Positions 30,646-40,433 of a stretch of DNA of 64,000 bases are shown in pieces. Under the pieces are notes generated by a model, which did not search any database, had not been told where the DNA came from, and was given only the letters and a program-made list of their open reading frames with translations. Origin of the DNA: Bacilli bacterium. Lineage in GTDB: Bacteria; Bacillota_I; Bacilli_A; RF39; UBA660. The position numbers and the translations under genes are program-made. Where the stretch lies: NCBI GenBank assembly GCA_017472015.1, contig JAFURC010000046.1, positions 23,315 to 87,314 of the forward strand, given 5' to 3'. Position 1 is the stretch's first letter; every line of letters begins with the position of its first letter.

Positions 30646-31878
30646 TTATGCTCCTTTTCTATCTTTTTTCATATCACTTAATATTTTTAAATAATTTGCT
30701 TCTTGATATGATGATACTTTATTATTCTTTAATAAATCTTTAATAATAATTAAATCTTTATCATCTATTAAATCTAATTTTTTTAAACGGGAATTACTAA
30801 TTTCTTTATCAGATATTCCGTTCATATAGTAATCCTCATTATAACCAATAAATTCTAAATCGGGATATCTTTTTTTAAAATTATTAGCAATTAATAGTCC
30901 TTCTGGATCAAAATCACCATTAAAATATATTTTGGTATTTTTGATTTTATCCAGCAATTTATACACAACAAAATTCGAATTACCTGATGTAATAATTACT
31001 GAATAATCAAGTTCTAAATCAATTACTTTACTAAGGAAAGATGGATTTTCTAAAATTAATAATTTATTATTTTTAGTTTTTATGTTATCCATTTTCCTTA
31101 AATTAGCCATATTAATGGTTAAAGGTGTGAAATTTTTTTGAAAACTATCTAACATTTCATTTCCATATAAATTATAAGTTAAAACAATGTTTGATACTTC
31201 ATCAATTAAAATATTAACTCTTTCAAATATTTCTTTTTTTCTAATTCGTTTATTTTCATATTTAAAATTATACAAATAACTAATAAATTGTAATAAAACA
31301 TTGCTATTATGAGTATCTAAATCAAAATAATGGGGATCACCTGTTATATTGGAAGAAAAGATTGCTAAAGATTCAAAATTATCATAATTAATTGGTAAAT
31401 TACTTAAAGATTTTAAAACATTTTCTAATAATTTATCATCATGAAAAATTAAATATTCTATTTTCTTTTTAGATTCTTTATTTTCTAATAAAGTTTCTAA
31501 TATTTTATAATTATCTTTTAAATAAGTTAGTTTATCTTGTAAATAATTATTTTTTTCAAGAGTTAATTCTTGTTTAGTTTTTATATCAGGATAAAAAAGC
31601 AATACTAATTCATCAACTTCAACTCCTTCAAAGATACTATCGTCAAGAGCTGCTTGAATATCTGGTATTTTTATTTTTACACTTGTATTTACTTTAATAT
31701 TTTTGGATAAGAATAAAGATAATTTTAAAGCTTCATCAAGAGTTTTTGGTTTAATATTAATTGTTCCTTTACAAGTTCCATATTGAATATATTTATTTTT
31801 TAACTTTAAAAGAAATTCTTTAAATTCTTCTTTGTTAAAATAGTTTTTTAACTTAGTCTTCATAGTCTCTTGGATCAT
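30646..31878 (-). CDS. jetD: Wadjet JetD (MksG-like Toprim nuclease subunit)
   Basis: 410 aa, fourth gene after the SMC-like ATPase. C-terminal Toprim-like KIYFNGDFDPEGLLIA. Size and order match TIGR02679-type JetD. Confidence 0.82.
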   Translation of the reverse strand: MIQETMKTKLKNYFNKEEFKEFLLKLKNKYIQYGTCKGTINIKPKTLDEALKLSLFLSKNIKVNTSVKIKIPDIQAALDDSIFEGVEVDELVLLFYPDIKTKQELTLEKNNYLQDKLTYLKDNYKILETLLENKESKKKIEYLIFHDDKLLENVLKSLSNLPINYDNFESLAIFSSNITGDPHYFDLDTHNSNVLLQFISYLYNFKYENKRIRKKEIFERVNILIDEVSNIVLTYNLYGNEMLDSFQKNFTPLTINMANLRKMDNIKTKNNKLLILENPSFLSKVIDLELDYSVIITSGNSNFVVYKLLDKIKNTKIYFNGDFDPEGLLIANNFKKRYPDLEFIGYNEDYYMNGISDKEISNSRLKKLDLIDDKDLIIIKDLLKNNKVSSYQEANYLKILSDMKKDRKGA

Positions 31879-34800
31879 CTACTTTGCTCCTTTTAATTCC
31901 ATCCCATTTATATTTTAAAATAGATACTACTTTAGAACCAATTGGATGATGTAGTTCACTGATGGCTAGGTGTTTAACAGTATCATAATCTCCCCATAGT
32001 TGTTGACTAGTTAAAACATAATCAAGATCTAATTTACTTAAAATTCTAAATGCATCTTTTATGTTTTCATCATCAACACCAGCAAAGGCTTCATCTAAAG
32101 CAATAACATGAGGAGCCGTTTTATAAGCACTATTTAGTTTTGCATAAATACTTGAAAATAAAGGAATATACATAGCAATGGCTTTTTCTCCCCCACTCAT
32201 TTTATTGAATTCCCGATCGGTTAATTCTTTAGGAGGATTATTTCCTCTTTTAAAATACAATTTAAATTCAAACCACTTGCGATAATCCAAAACATCTTTC
32301 ATAATTTCTAAATAATTTCTTTCATTTTCTTCTAAAACTTCTTCTTTTCCCTTAATTTTACTTTTAAAATGATTAGTTATTTTAGTTAAATGTTCAGGTT
32401 TTAAATTACTAGCATCTTTTTTAAAGATATTAACAATTTCTCTTGTATCAAGTTCATCTTCATTTAAAGCGGTTATTCCATCCCATTTTAAAGAAAAACT
32501 AAGTCCACTTGAGGTGTTCATTGATTCCATATAATCTTTAACAACTTTAATCCATTCTTCACTTTGATAAATTTTATTTCTAATAGATGATCCAATATTA
32601 TTAATTAACAAATCTTCAAATAAACGTCGATTTTCTTCACTTATTAAATTTTCATAACTAGAAATAGAGTTATCAATAGCCTTCGATAAATCAAGTAAAT
32701 TAACATTTTTTCCTAAATAATTAAATACTAAATCTCGTCTTTTAGCATCACTTATCAATTCTTTTATTTCAACAATTTCTCGATTTAAATAATCTTTATA
32801 ATCACTATCATCATCATGTAAAGTAATATTTTTAGGAGCATAATTAATTAGTACTTGAGCATGTTTATTTAAAGCATCATTAAATTTTTCATAACTTTCA
32901 CGCATCGTATTATTAGATTTAATTTCTTTTAAGAAGTTAGTTATTTCATTTTCTTTTAAATCATCACTTAAAACATAATGAAGATTATATTCATCTTTAA
33001 ATATTTTATAAGTTAATTCTTTATAAATATCTTTTAATTCTAAATTATTCTTTAATTCTAAAATATTATTTTCTAAATATTCAACATTTGTTTTATTTCT
33101 CGTGATTAAATCTCTTTTATTTGGTATTTCATCCTTTAAAACTAATAATCTTTCACTTATCTTTTTATATTCAAGTCCAATATCTTTATATTTATCACTA
33201 TTAATAATATCATCAAGATTTTGTTGTTTATTTTTATAAGTTTCTAAAGAATAATCAATATCTTGAAGTTTTAATTTAATATTATCTAAATCACTATATA
33301 AATTACTAATATTTAATTTATAATAATTAACTAATTCAATAGTATTTTTATAAGACGATATAATATTTAAAATTTCTCCTACTAATTCTTTAGATTTATT
33401 TAAATTATCAATTACTTCTAAAATATCTTGGTAATCAAGAGATCCTAAATAATCTTGTTTTGATTCTTCTAGTTTAACTTCTAAATCTTTTAATTCATGA
33501 TTTAAATTTTGAATAATTATAATTTGATCATTTAAACTATTATTTAAATTATCAATATCAAAATTAATTTTATCTAATTCTTTAAATAAATTTAGAATAT
33601 TCCCTTGATAATTAAATGAATTATATTCAATATCCAAATTTTCAATATCTTTATTAAGATTTATATTTAACTGTTCTAAATTTTTAATTTCTTCTAAATA
33701 CTTATTTATACTAATTTCAATTTTTTCTTTTTCCTGATTAAGATATTCAAGTCTTGTACTCTCTCCTATATATCTTAATTCATGATTTGAATTAGTATTA
33801 CCAACAATAAGCGCAAATTCATATTTACCATTATCAAGTATTTTAATATTTGAATCACTTTCAAGGGAGATACTTTCTAATATTTTTTCTACTTTATCTT
33901 TATATTTAGTATCAGTTGGTTTTAAATATTTTAATAAATTATTTTTAACTTTGCAACTAGGTTTCAAACATCTTGTTTTAACAAGACTTTCTAAATCATC
34001 TTTTAAAGTAATAAATGAAGTTAAAATACCACTTTCAAATAAGAAAGATTCAATTTGTTTTCTTTTCTCTTTATTAGTATCTTCCTTAAATTCAATTAAT
34101 TCATAAAAGTAAGCATAATCAATATTTTCTTCTTTAAAGTAATTAATTGTATCCATATCATCTAAATGTTTTAAAAGTTTATTATCAATTTCTAATAGTT
34201 CTAATTTTAAATTCTTAATTTTTTCTTCATACTCTGAAATTTTAATTTTATTACTTGATATTCTTGATTTTATTTTATCTTTAAAGTTATAAACAACATT
34301 CATTAAAAATTCTTTTATTTTAACAAACATATCTCTTTCTAAATTATCAATTATTAAATAAAGGTTATCTAATTCATCTTGTTCAAGTTTTAATACTTTA
34401 TTTTCTAAAGAAGTTTTAGCAATTACATTTTTTAAATTATCACTTTCTTCGATTAAATGATTAGATATTTCAACATGTTTTTCTTTTAAGTCTTTTAATT
34501 TATCTTCATCTTCTGCATATTTATTTTTTAAATTTTCAATTTCTTTTTCTTTTAATAATTTTTGATAACTAAGATCTTTTAAATAAGTTAAAAGACTAAT
34601 TTGATTCTTTAAAGAACTTATAAAAGTTGGCATTTCTCTAAATTCAAACTTTTCTTCTTGAAGTTTTTCTAAATAATAATTATTATCTTTAAAACAAGAA
34701 AGTTGAATATCTTTTAAATAAGTAAGTAGTTCAGAAAAACTTTTCTCAATCTCAAATAAAGTATCTTCCTTATCTTTTAATTCTTTTTGATTTTTAAATA

Positions 34801-35887
34801 AATCACTTTCTTTTTTATCAAGTTCATAACTTTCTTTAGTTTTATCACTTTCTAATTTTTTTAACATATTAATAACATCATCTAATTCTTTAGTAATACT
34901 TTTTAAATCTGTTTGGTCCAAATTAGATTTTTTATGTTCTAAATCTTCTAATTCTAAATTTAAATCTTTTAAATTTAGAGTTTCTCTTCCGATTTCTTCA
35001 TTTAATTCTTTTAATTTTTCTTCTTTTTCTTTCAATTCTTTTATAATATCAGTTTGTTCTTTTTTATATTTTAAATAATTTTCGCCTTTTTGATATAAAA
35101 CTGCTTTATTATAGTCTAAAAAAGAATTTTTTAAAGAATTACAAGCCTTTTGTTCAATTTCTAAATCACTTAATTTTTCTTTATATTTATTCATGCCTTC
35201 AATTGAATCAGCCATAGTTCGCAAATCTTCTTCACTTAAAGGTTCTAAAACGGTTGATAAGATTTTGGTTAATTGGCTAGGTTTAGTGGAATTAGATAAT
35301 TTAGGAGATCTAACTTGAATTAATAAGTTAATAAATTCTGAATAAAGATCTATTGTTGGAAACCCAAATAATAATCTATTAACCATAGCTTTATAGTCTT
35401 TTGTAGTTTCAACAAACTCTCCACCAGAAGATATTCTTGCTTGAAGTTCTTTTTTAGTTAAAGGAATTCTTAAATTACTTTCTTTAAATAACAAGAAATC
35501 TTGTCCGATACGCCTGTTATCAGTTATAGCAAAACCCCAGAATTCACAATTTCGATTTCTAATTGCTCGAAGTCCCATACCAATGGTTAGGTATTTATTT
35601 TCTTCTTTATTATAAAACTCCATGTATAAATAACCCGTGTTTTCATTCCCTTGAAAGTCCTCAGGTAGTAAATAATCTTCAATTTTCCTATCACGAGATC
35701 CAAAAGGATCAAGTCTTTCCGGAGACTTATTACCATCAAATATTAAAGGAAAAAATGACTGCATAGTAACGGTTTTTCCCGATCCATTAGTTCCTCTTAA
35801 TAAAAGTTTCCCATCATAAAAATAAAAATCTTCTTCATCATATAACCAAAAATTAACAAATCCTATTCTATTTACTTGATACTTCAT
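31853..35887 (-). CDS. jetC: Wadjet JetC (MksB-like SMC-family ATPase)
   Basis: 1344 aa. N-terminal Walker A LRGTNGSGKT, about 800 aa of coiled coil, C-terminal signature MSGGEK and Walker B VIALDEAFAGVD. Confidence 0.9.
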   Translation of the reverse strand: MKYQVNRIGFVNFWLYDEEDFYFYDGKLLLRGTNGSGKTVTMQSFFPLIFDGNKSPERLDPFGSRDRKIEDYLLPEDFQGNENTGYLYMEFYNKEENKYLTIGMGLRAIRNRNCEFWGFAITDNRRIGQDFLLFKESNLRIPLTKKELQARISSGGEFVETTKDYKAMVNRLLFGFPTIDLYSEFINLLIQVRSPKLSNSTKPSQLTKILSTVLEPLSEEDLRTMADSIEGMNKYKEKLSDLEIEQKACNSLKNSFLDYNKAVLYQKGENYLKYKKEQTDIIKELKEKEEKLKELNEEIGRETLNLKDLNLELEDLEHKKSNLDQTDLKSITKELDDVINMLKKLESDKTKESYELDKKESDLFKNQKELKDKEDTLFEIEKSFSELLTYLKDIQLSCFKDNNYYLEKLQEEKFEFREMPTFISSLKNQISLLTYLKDLSYQKLLKEKEIENLKNKYAEDEDKLKDLKEKHVEISNHLIEESDNLKNVIAKTSLENKVLKLEQDELDNLYLIIDNLERDMFVKIKEFLMNVVYNFKDKIKSRISSNKIKISEYEEKIKNLKLELLEIDNKLLKHLDDMDTINYFKEENIDYAYFYELIEFKEDTNKEKRKQIESFLFESGILTSFITLKDDLESLVKTRCLKPSCKVKNNLLKYLKPTDTKYKDKVEKILESISLESDSNIKILDNGKYEFALIVGNTNSNHELRYIGESTRLEYLNQEKEKIEISINKYLEEIKNLEQLNINLNKDIENLDIEYNSFNYQGNILNLFKELDKINFDIDNLNNSLNDQIIIIQNLNHELKDLEVKLEESKQDYLGSLDYQDILEVIDNLNKSKELVGEILNIISSYKNTIELVNYYKLNISNLYSDLDNIKLKLQDIDYSLETYKNKQQNLDDIINSDKYKDIGLEYKKISERLLVLKDEIPNKRDLITRNKTNVEYLENNILELKNNLELKDIYKELTYKIFKDEYNLHYVLSDDLKENEITNFLKEIKSNNTMRESYEKFNDALNKHAQVLINYAPKNITLHDDDSDYKDYLNREIVEIKELISDAKRRDLVFNYLGKNVNLLDLSKAIDNSISSYENLISEENRRLFEDLLINNIGSSIRNKIYQSEEWIKVVKDYMESMNTSSGLSFSLKWDGITALNEDELDTREIVNIFKKDASNLKPEHLTKITNHFKSKIKGKEEVLEENERNYLEIMKDVLDYRKWFEFKLYFKRGNNPPKELTDREFNKMSGGEKAIAMYIPLFSSIYAKLNSAYKTAPHVIALDEAFAGVDDENIKDAFRILSKLDLDYVLTSQQLWGDYDTVKHLAISELHHPIGSKVVSILKYKWDGIKRSKVDDPRDYED

Positions 35888-37032
35888 AAATCCTCCCCAA
35901 TACTTAATTGTTCATACATAGAATCTTCTTTTTCTTCTTCTTTTTCATAATTACCACTTATTAAATAAACAATATCGGATACTTGATAATTATCCCCCGT
36001 AATTTTCAATAAACCAAAACTTTCCATACAAGAAGTGACTTCTAAAAAGAACTTATCTTCTTTCATTTCCCGAAATTCTTTATTAAAATACTTAGAATTT
36101 TCTTGTTGAACTTTCCTAACTAGTTTTTTAAATTCTAATTTATCTAAATCTAATCTATCAAGTTCATTTACTATATAATCACTTACCAATAAAACTATAT
36201 CATGACTCATTTTTCTAGTATTTGGAAAATTTATTCTATTTGGTTTTTCAACAGTTGTAAGGATTGCCAAATTATTAAAAATTAATAAATCTCCATCTAA
36301 AAGTTCTTTTATATCACTAGTAATTCTTCCTCGGTAATTTAGAAAATAATTATAAATTTCTGCGTCAAATAAAGAATAATTAAAAATTGGATAAAATAAT
36401 AAAGTTCTATAAGTATAATATCTTTTTTTATTTAATAATTCCTCAGTATCTAAAGTATTTAAAAAATCACTTGCCTCTTTATAAGAAAAAATATCTTCTT
36501 TAAATTGTCTAACTAAATAATGGGATATTCCTGTATTTTCATACAAGACTTCATTCTCAACTGATTCTTTAAATAATAAATCATTTCCATCTATTTGCTT
36601 AATAACTCCTAATTTAACTAAATATTTTAAAACTTTAACTAAACTTTTTCTGGTTGTATAATCTTTAAAATCAATTACTACTTTTTTAACTTCAATAGTT
36701 GCTATTAAATTCAAAATAAAAGTTGTTAGATTTGATAAAATAAATTGTTCATCACGTGCTTTATCTTCTAAAAACATAATTATTAAAATAAAGAATATAT
36801 AATCTTTTTGATCATTAAAATCCGATATACTAAAAGTATTATCAATTATCGATGGTATTTTTTCTAATTTAATTAAAGAAGAATTAACAATCACATCACA
36901 ACCTAATTTACTAGTTGCAAATTCCCGAATTTTTTTAATCTTTGATTTTATTTTATAATATGCCTCTTTATTATTTTCTTTAGTTATTAAAAAGTTATTT
37001 AACAACAGTTCTAATTCCTCTTTAAATTCCAT
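35884..37032 (-). CDS. jetB: Wadjet JetB (MksE-like)
   Basis: 382 aa. Sits between the JetA-like and JetC genes with 4-nt and 11-nt overlaps; size fits JetB (TIGR02678-type). Confidence 0.78.
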   Translation of the reverse strand: MEFKEELELLLNNFLITKENNKEAYYKIKSKIKKIREFATSKLGCDVIVNSSLIKLEKIPSIIDNTFSISDFNDQKDYIFFILIIMFLEDKARDEQFILSNLTTFILNLIATIEVKKVVIDFKDYTTRKSLVKVLKYLVKLGVIKQIDGNDLLFKESVENEVLYENTGISHYLVRQFKEDIFSYKEASDFLNTLDTEELLNKKRYYTYRTLLFYPIFNYSLFDAEIYNYFLNYRGRITSDIKELLDGDLLIFNNLAILTTVEKPNRINFPNTRKMSHDIVLLVSDYIVNELDRLDLDKLEFKKLVRKVQQENSKYFNKEFREMKEDKFFLEVTSCMESFGLLKITGDNYQVSDIVYLISGNYEKEEEKEDSMYEQLSIGEDL

Positions 37033-38491
37033 TTTTATCCCCCATAAATGTAATTTTAAAATTCTTCATAGTTAATATACCATCAAGAGATACTAAGTGA
37101 ATATCATCGTCATCAATACTTTCGACTTTATAAGATACCCCGTATTCATTATTTTTAACTATATCTTTGTTAATACCTTTAGTTATTAAAGATAAGATAA
37201 ATCTTCTTTCAAATTTTTCGATATTATTTAAATCTCGAATAACAATTTCACCTTTTTTAATATATTCTTTTAATAATTTCTCTTCTCGTTCTTTTTCTTC
37301 TAAAATTTTCTTTAATTGTTCTTCTTTTTCAAAATATTTATAATCAACTTGATTCTTAACTGATTTTTCTCTTACTAAACGACTATGACTTTTTAAAGTA
37401 ATAAAAGTTGAAATAACATCTTTAGGACTGGTATTTATAGAATCAGTTGTCTTTTCAACACTAGAAATATGTTTTACTTTTTCAATTCCAAATGTAGCAG
37501 TTGCTAACTTTGCACAATCTTCTAAAGAATCGCTTTGAAAAAATAAATTTAAAATATGTTTATATTCTTCCATTCTATTAATACTAGTATTAGTTTCAAT
37601 TATGGAAATAACATACTTAGTTATTTTATTAATAATATTATTAACCGCTTTTTTTAATCTTTCAGATTCACTTTCCGTGAAGTTATCACATAAAAACCAT
37701 TTAACAATACTTTGCCATTTTCCCCTTAATACTTCTTCTAAATATAAAAAATCAAAATCAGGTTCTATTATAGGTTGATTTTTCTTATGTTCCATAACCT
37801 TAGCAATCATTTTATCTTCAAAATCACTTGGTAAATTATTTAATATATTTTGAATTTTAATTTCATTTATTTGAAAACCTGTAATAAAATTTTTTAAATA
37901 CTCAATTACTTTATCTTTATAAATCAAAAAACTTTCACTTTTCATTAATTCTTCACTTTTAGCTTCATGAAACATCTTTAAAAAGTCTTTATAATTATTA
38001 TTTAACTTCGTAAAAGTTTCATTCAACTCTTCAAAATGGGCACTTATATCTTCTTTGTTTTCTAAATTATTAAACTCACTAAGAAGAACTCTTAATTTAT
38101 CAAATAACTTAGGTTCTAAAGATGATGTTTCAACTTTTAAAGTCTCAAGATGCATCACCATTCTCTCAATTTCAATTGCATATTCTGTTAATTGATAACG
38201 AAATTTTCTATTTTTAAATTCTTCAACCGTTTTAACATTAGTCGTATCTTGGATATTGGTTAAATTCCCCCATTCAACAAGTCTTAATAAATCTTGTTCA
38301 CAAAGATCAATTGTATAAGAATCAAAATTATCTTTTAAATTACTATAAACATCTTCTTTATATAACCAATATTCAAGTTTTTCATACTGTTTAAAAAAAT
38401 ACCTAATAATCGGACGATAACGCTCTGTGTTTTCAACACTTAAATACTTTACTTCATCTATTCTTTTTGTTAAATCACTATTTACTACCAT
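37022..38491 (-). CDS. jetA: Wadjet JetA (MksF-like kleisin)
   Basis: About 489 aa, first gene of the operon. N-terminus YLSVENTERYRPIIRYFF fits the JetA/DUF2397-type start. The track begins at TTG 38503; ATG 38491 is preceded by the SD ggtga. Confidence 0.78.
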   Translation of the reverse strand: MVVNSDLTKRIDEVKYLSVENTERYRPIIRYFFKQYEKLEYWLYKEDVYSNLKDNFDSYTIDLCEQDLLRLVEWGNLTNIQDTTNVKTVEEFKNRKFRYQLTEYAIEIERMVMHLETLKVETSSLEPKLFDKLRVLLSEFNNLENKEDISAHFEELNETFTKLNNNYKDFLKMFHEAKSEELMKSESFLIYKDKVIEYLKNFITGFQINEIKIQNILNNLPSDFEDKMIAKVMEHKKNQPIIEPDFDFLYLEEVLRGKWQSIVKWFLCDNFTESESERLKKAVNNIINKITKYVISIIETNTSINRMEEYKHILNLFFQSDSLEDCAKLATATFGIEKVKHISSVEKTTDSINTSPKDVISTFITLKSHSRLVREKSVKNQVDYKYFEKEEQLKKILEEKEREEKLLKEYIKKGEIVIRDLNNIEKFERRFILSLITKGINKDIVKNNEYGVSYKVESIDDDDIHLVSLDGILTMKNFKITFMGDKNGI

Positions 38492-38511
38492 ATACTTCAC
38501 CAATCAGCAGT

Positions 38512-38540
38512 ATTTTAACAAAAGATTAACAAATTGTCTA
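38512..38540 (-). promoter_or_regulatory. Candidate promoter of the jetA operon
   Basis: Minus strand TAGACA (38540-38535), 17-nt spacer, TAAAAT (38517-38512). Implies a very short leader. Confidence 0.35.
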
Positions 38541-38628
38541 CTTTTTTAACCAAATTTTGGTAATAAAATTTAAATATATTATTACTTTGCTGATTATGCA
38601 TTTCCGGTATATTTTTTTTATTAATATG

Positions 38629-38657
38629 TAGACTATGTGTTAACTTTTCGTTATAAT
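38629..38657 (+). promoter_or_regulatory. Candidate promoter of the DUF3800 gene (divergent from jetA)
   Basis: tagact (38629-34), 17-nt spacer, tataat (38652-57). SD aagga before ATG 38682. Confidence 0.35.
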
Positions 38658-38681
38658 ATATAAAGAAAAGGATGTGAAGTC

Positions 38682-39392
38682 ATGATAGAATATAATTGTT
38701 ATATAGATGAATCTGGTGATGAAGGAATAAGAAAGGGATCAAAATACTTTATATTAACAGCAATCATTTTAAAAAAAGAAGATGATTTAAAAATATCCAA
38801 TGCAGTTGATAGAATTAAAGAAAATTTAGAAATGGATAAAAAAGCACAATTACACTGGAAATTACTCAAAGGTCTTCCTAACAAAAACATGATTATGAAT
38901 ATAATTAACACTTTAGATATAAAAATAATAAATGTCATCGTGGATACTAAAAGCATCCAGTTTATTCCATCTAATAATATTTATAATTATTTTAGTGGTT
39001 ATTTATACGAACGAATATGTCGGTATATGTCTGAAGTAAATGGAATTGTAAATATAAATATTAGTTCACGAGGTAATTTATCTAAAGAAAAATTGAATAC
39101 ATATCTAAATAACAACAATCATAAAAAATTTAATATAAATTCAGATGCAATAAAAAATATCAAAATAATTCCAAACGAAAGAAAAAAATTACTCCAATTA
39201 GCCGATTGCTGTTGTAGTGCTTTATTTCAAGCGCTAAAATATAACGATAAAACCCATTTTGAATATATCAAAAAAATTAAAAGCAAAATATATGTAGTAA
39301 ACAACAATATTTTAAGTTATGGTTTAAAAATAGTTCCTAGTAATAGTAATACAAAGGAACTAATTGAATTAATAAATTATTTAAACAATTAA
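38682..39392 (+). CDS. DUF3800 domain protein
   Basis: N-terminal CYIDESGDEG and C-terminal LLQLADCCCSALFQA match the conserved ends of DUF3800 as I recall them. 236 aa. Confidence 0.72.
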   Translation: MIEYNCYIDESGDEGIRKGSKYFILTAIILKKEDDLKISNAVDRIKENLEMDKKAQLHWKLLKGLPNKNMIMNIINTLDIKIINVIVDTKSIQFIPSNNIYNYFSGYLYERICRYMSEVNGIVNINISSRGNLSKEKLNTYLNNNNHKKFNINSDAIKNIKIIPNERKKLLQLADCCCSALFQALKYNDKTHFEYIKKIKSKIYVVNNNILSYGLKIVPSNSNTKELIELINYLNN

Positions 39393-39395
39393 AAA

Positions 39396-39490
39396 AGTGA
39401 GCTTTCCCCTGCCTGAAGGAACCCACAAGGCAAGCTTGCTGGTACATATTAAATGCACCCTTCAGCAATTCAGCGAACTACTCACTCACT
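39396..39490 (+). ncRNA. GC-rich structured element immediately 3' of the DUF3800 gene (candidate DUF3800-associated RNA motif; strand uncertain)
   Basis: About 50% GC in a roughly 22% GC background. Nested inverted repeats: agtgag (39396-401) / ctcact (39481-86), ctgaagg (39413-19) / ccttcag (39459-65), and the central palindrome gcaagcttgc (39430-39). Confidence 0.3.
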
Positions 39491-39670
39491 GACTAAATAT
39501 TAGCATAAAAACTAACAATTGTCAAATATATTATATGTAAAACAGTCAAAAATATTCCATACTATATAAATACCATATCAATCTTTATGCAAATAATTAA
39601 TTTAAAATAGGTATCCTTTATATTTACTTAGAAAACATTAAAATATAATACATTGAAAGGAGATTATTGT

Positions 39671-39799
39671 ATGTTTGGATATGGTTGTGGTTGTGGCGGT
39701 GGAGATTGGTTCTTTATCTTAATAGTAATATTTATAATACTCTTCTTATTTTGTGGTAGTGAAAACAATATCTTTAATAATCAATCAAAATGTTGTTAA
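39671..39799 (+). CDS. YjcZ-like small sporulation protein (42 aa)
   Basis: MFGYGCGCGGGDWFFILIVIFIILFLFCGSENNIFNNQSKCC. A Gly/Cys-rich head plus a hydrophobic helix resembles YjcZ-family peptides. SD aaaggag lies upstream. Too short for the ORF track. Confidence 0.45.
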   Translation: MFGYGCGCGGGDWFFILIVIFIILFLFCGSENNIFNNQSKCC

Positions 39800-39814
39800 A
39801 ATAAGTATTAATTC

Positions 39815-39845
39815 AAAAAAATATAACCTGCGTTATATTTTTTTA
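39815..39845. terminator. Bidirectional terminator between the YjcZ-like gene and the antitoxin gene
   Basis: A6 run, stem atataac (39821-27) / gttatat (39832-38), then T-run. Confidence 0.5.
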
Positions 39846-39879
39846 CTATAATACTCTTTTTAACTTATTTTTATCTTCT

Positions 39880-39916
39880 TAGTTGAAATATTTACTTTTT
39901 CACAAAGAATTTCTTT
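39880..39916. repeat. Direct repeat copy A flanking the toxin-antitoxin cassette
   Basis: tagttgaaatatttacttt (19/19 identical to 40817-40835), then a diverged 8-9 nt, then gaatttctt (9/9 identical). Confidence 0.6.
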
Positions 39917-39949
39917 ATAAGTATCAAAACCATTTTACTACTAGCCATA

Positions 39950-40412
39950 TTATTCACAAAAAGTTAAATATATATATTTATCTAAAACCCTATTATTAAA
40001 TGCTTCATAAGGAAGTAAATTACCTCTAGCATTTCTCCATGGACTTTTTAAATGAGTAAATTCTTCTAAAGTGTCAGCATCATATTTAGAATAAATATCC
40101 ATAGTTTTTTTCAAGAACATAAATAACTTTATCACTTAAAAGACTATAATCATTTTCTTCAAGTGAAATAAGACTAATTCCATAATTTTTAAATATTTGA
40201 TAAACATAAGGATCAACTGGACCATGAGCCCATGCTTCAAAATGATTTAGAAATAAAACATCATTTATTTTTGAATCACTTTTATTATATTCAGCTAAAT
40301 AAATCCCATAACTAAAATATAACATCTTTTGTAATTTTTTATGTGTCATAGCCTGATGATACAAAAACCAATTAACAATAAGCTTAATATCACTAACAGC
40401 AACATTTTTCAT
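39950..40412 (-). pseudogene. Panacea (DUF4065/SocA-like) antitoxin-domain gene split by a +1 frameshift in an A7 run
   Basis: Track ORFs 40086-40412 and 39950-40135 are consecutive halves. The first reads ..HKKLQKMLYFSYGIYL..FEAWAHGPVDPYVY.. and ends ..VLEKNYGYLF*. Removing one A from gaaaaaaac (complement of the T7 at 40105-40111) gives ..VLEKTMDIYSKYDADTLEEFTHLKSPW.., a typical DUF4065 C-terminus. Confidence 0.6.
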
Positions 40413-40433
40413 ACACTACCTCTTAAAAATAAA

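Noticed and set aside
38502-38595. 8-bp inverted repeat aatcagca / tgctgatt and the gtctac/gtagac pair in the jetA-DUF3800 intergenic region as a shared operator
   Set aside because: The gtctac/gtagac pair is explained by the two divergent -35-like hexamers. A single 8-bp inverted repeat 80 nt apart is not beyond chance in 180 bp.
39396-39490. The GC-rich element as SRP RNA, tmRNA 3' end, tRNA or a self-cleaving ribozyme
   Set aside because: It has no GGAA-tetraloop/AGCA symmetric-loop SRP core, no T-loop/CCA, and no hammerhead CUGAUGA..GAAA or twister signatures that I can see. Left as unclassified.
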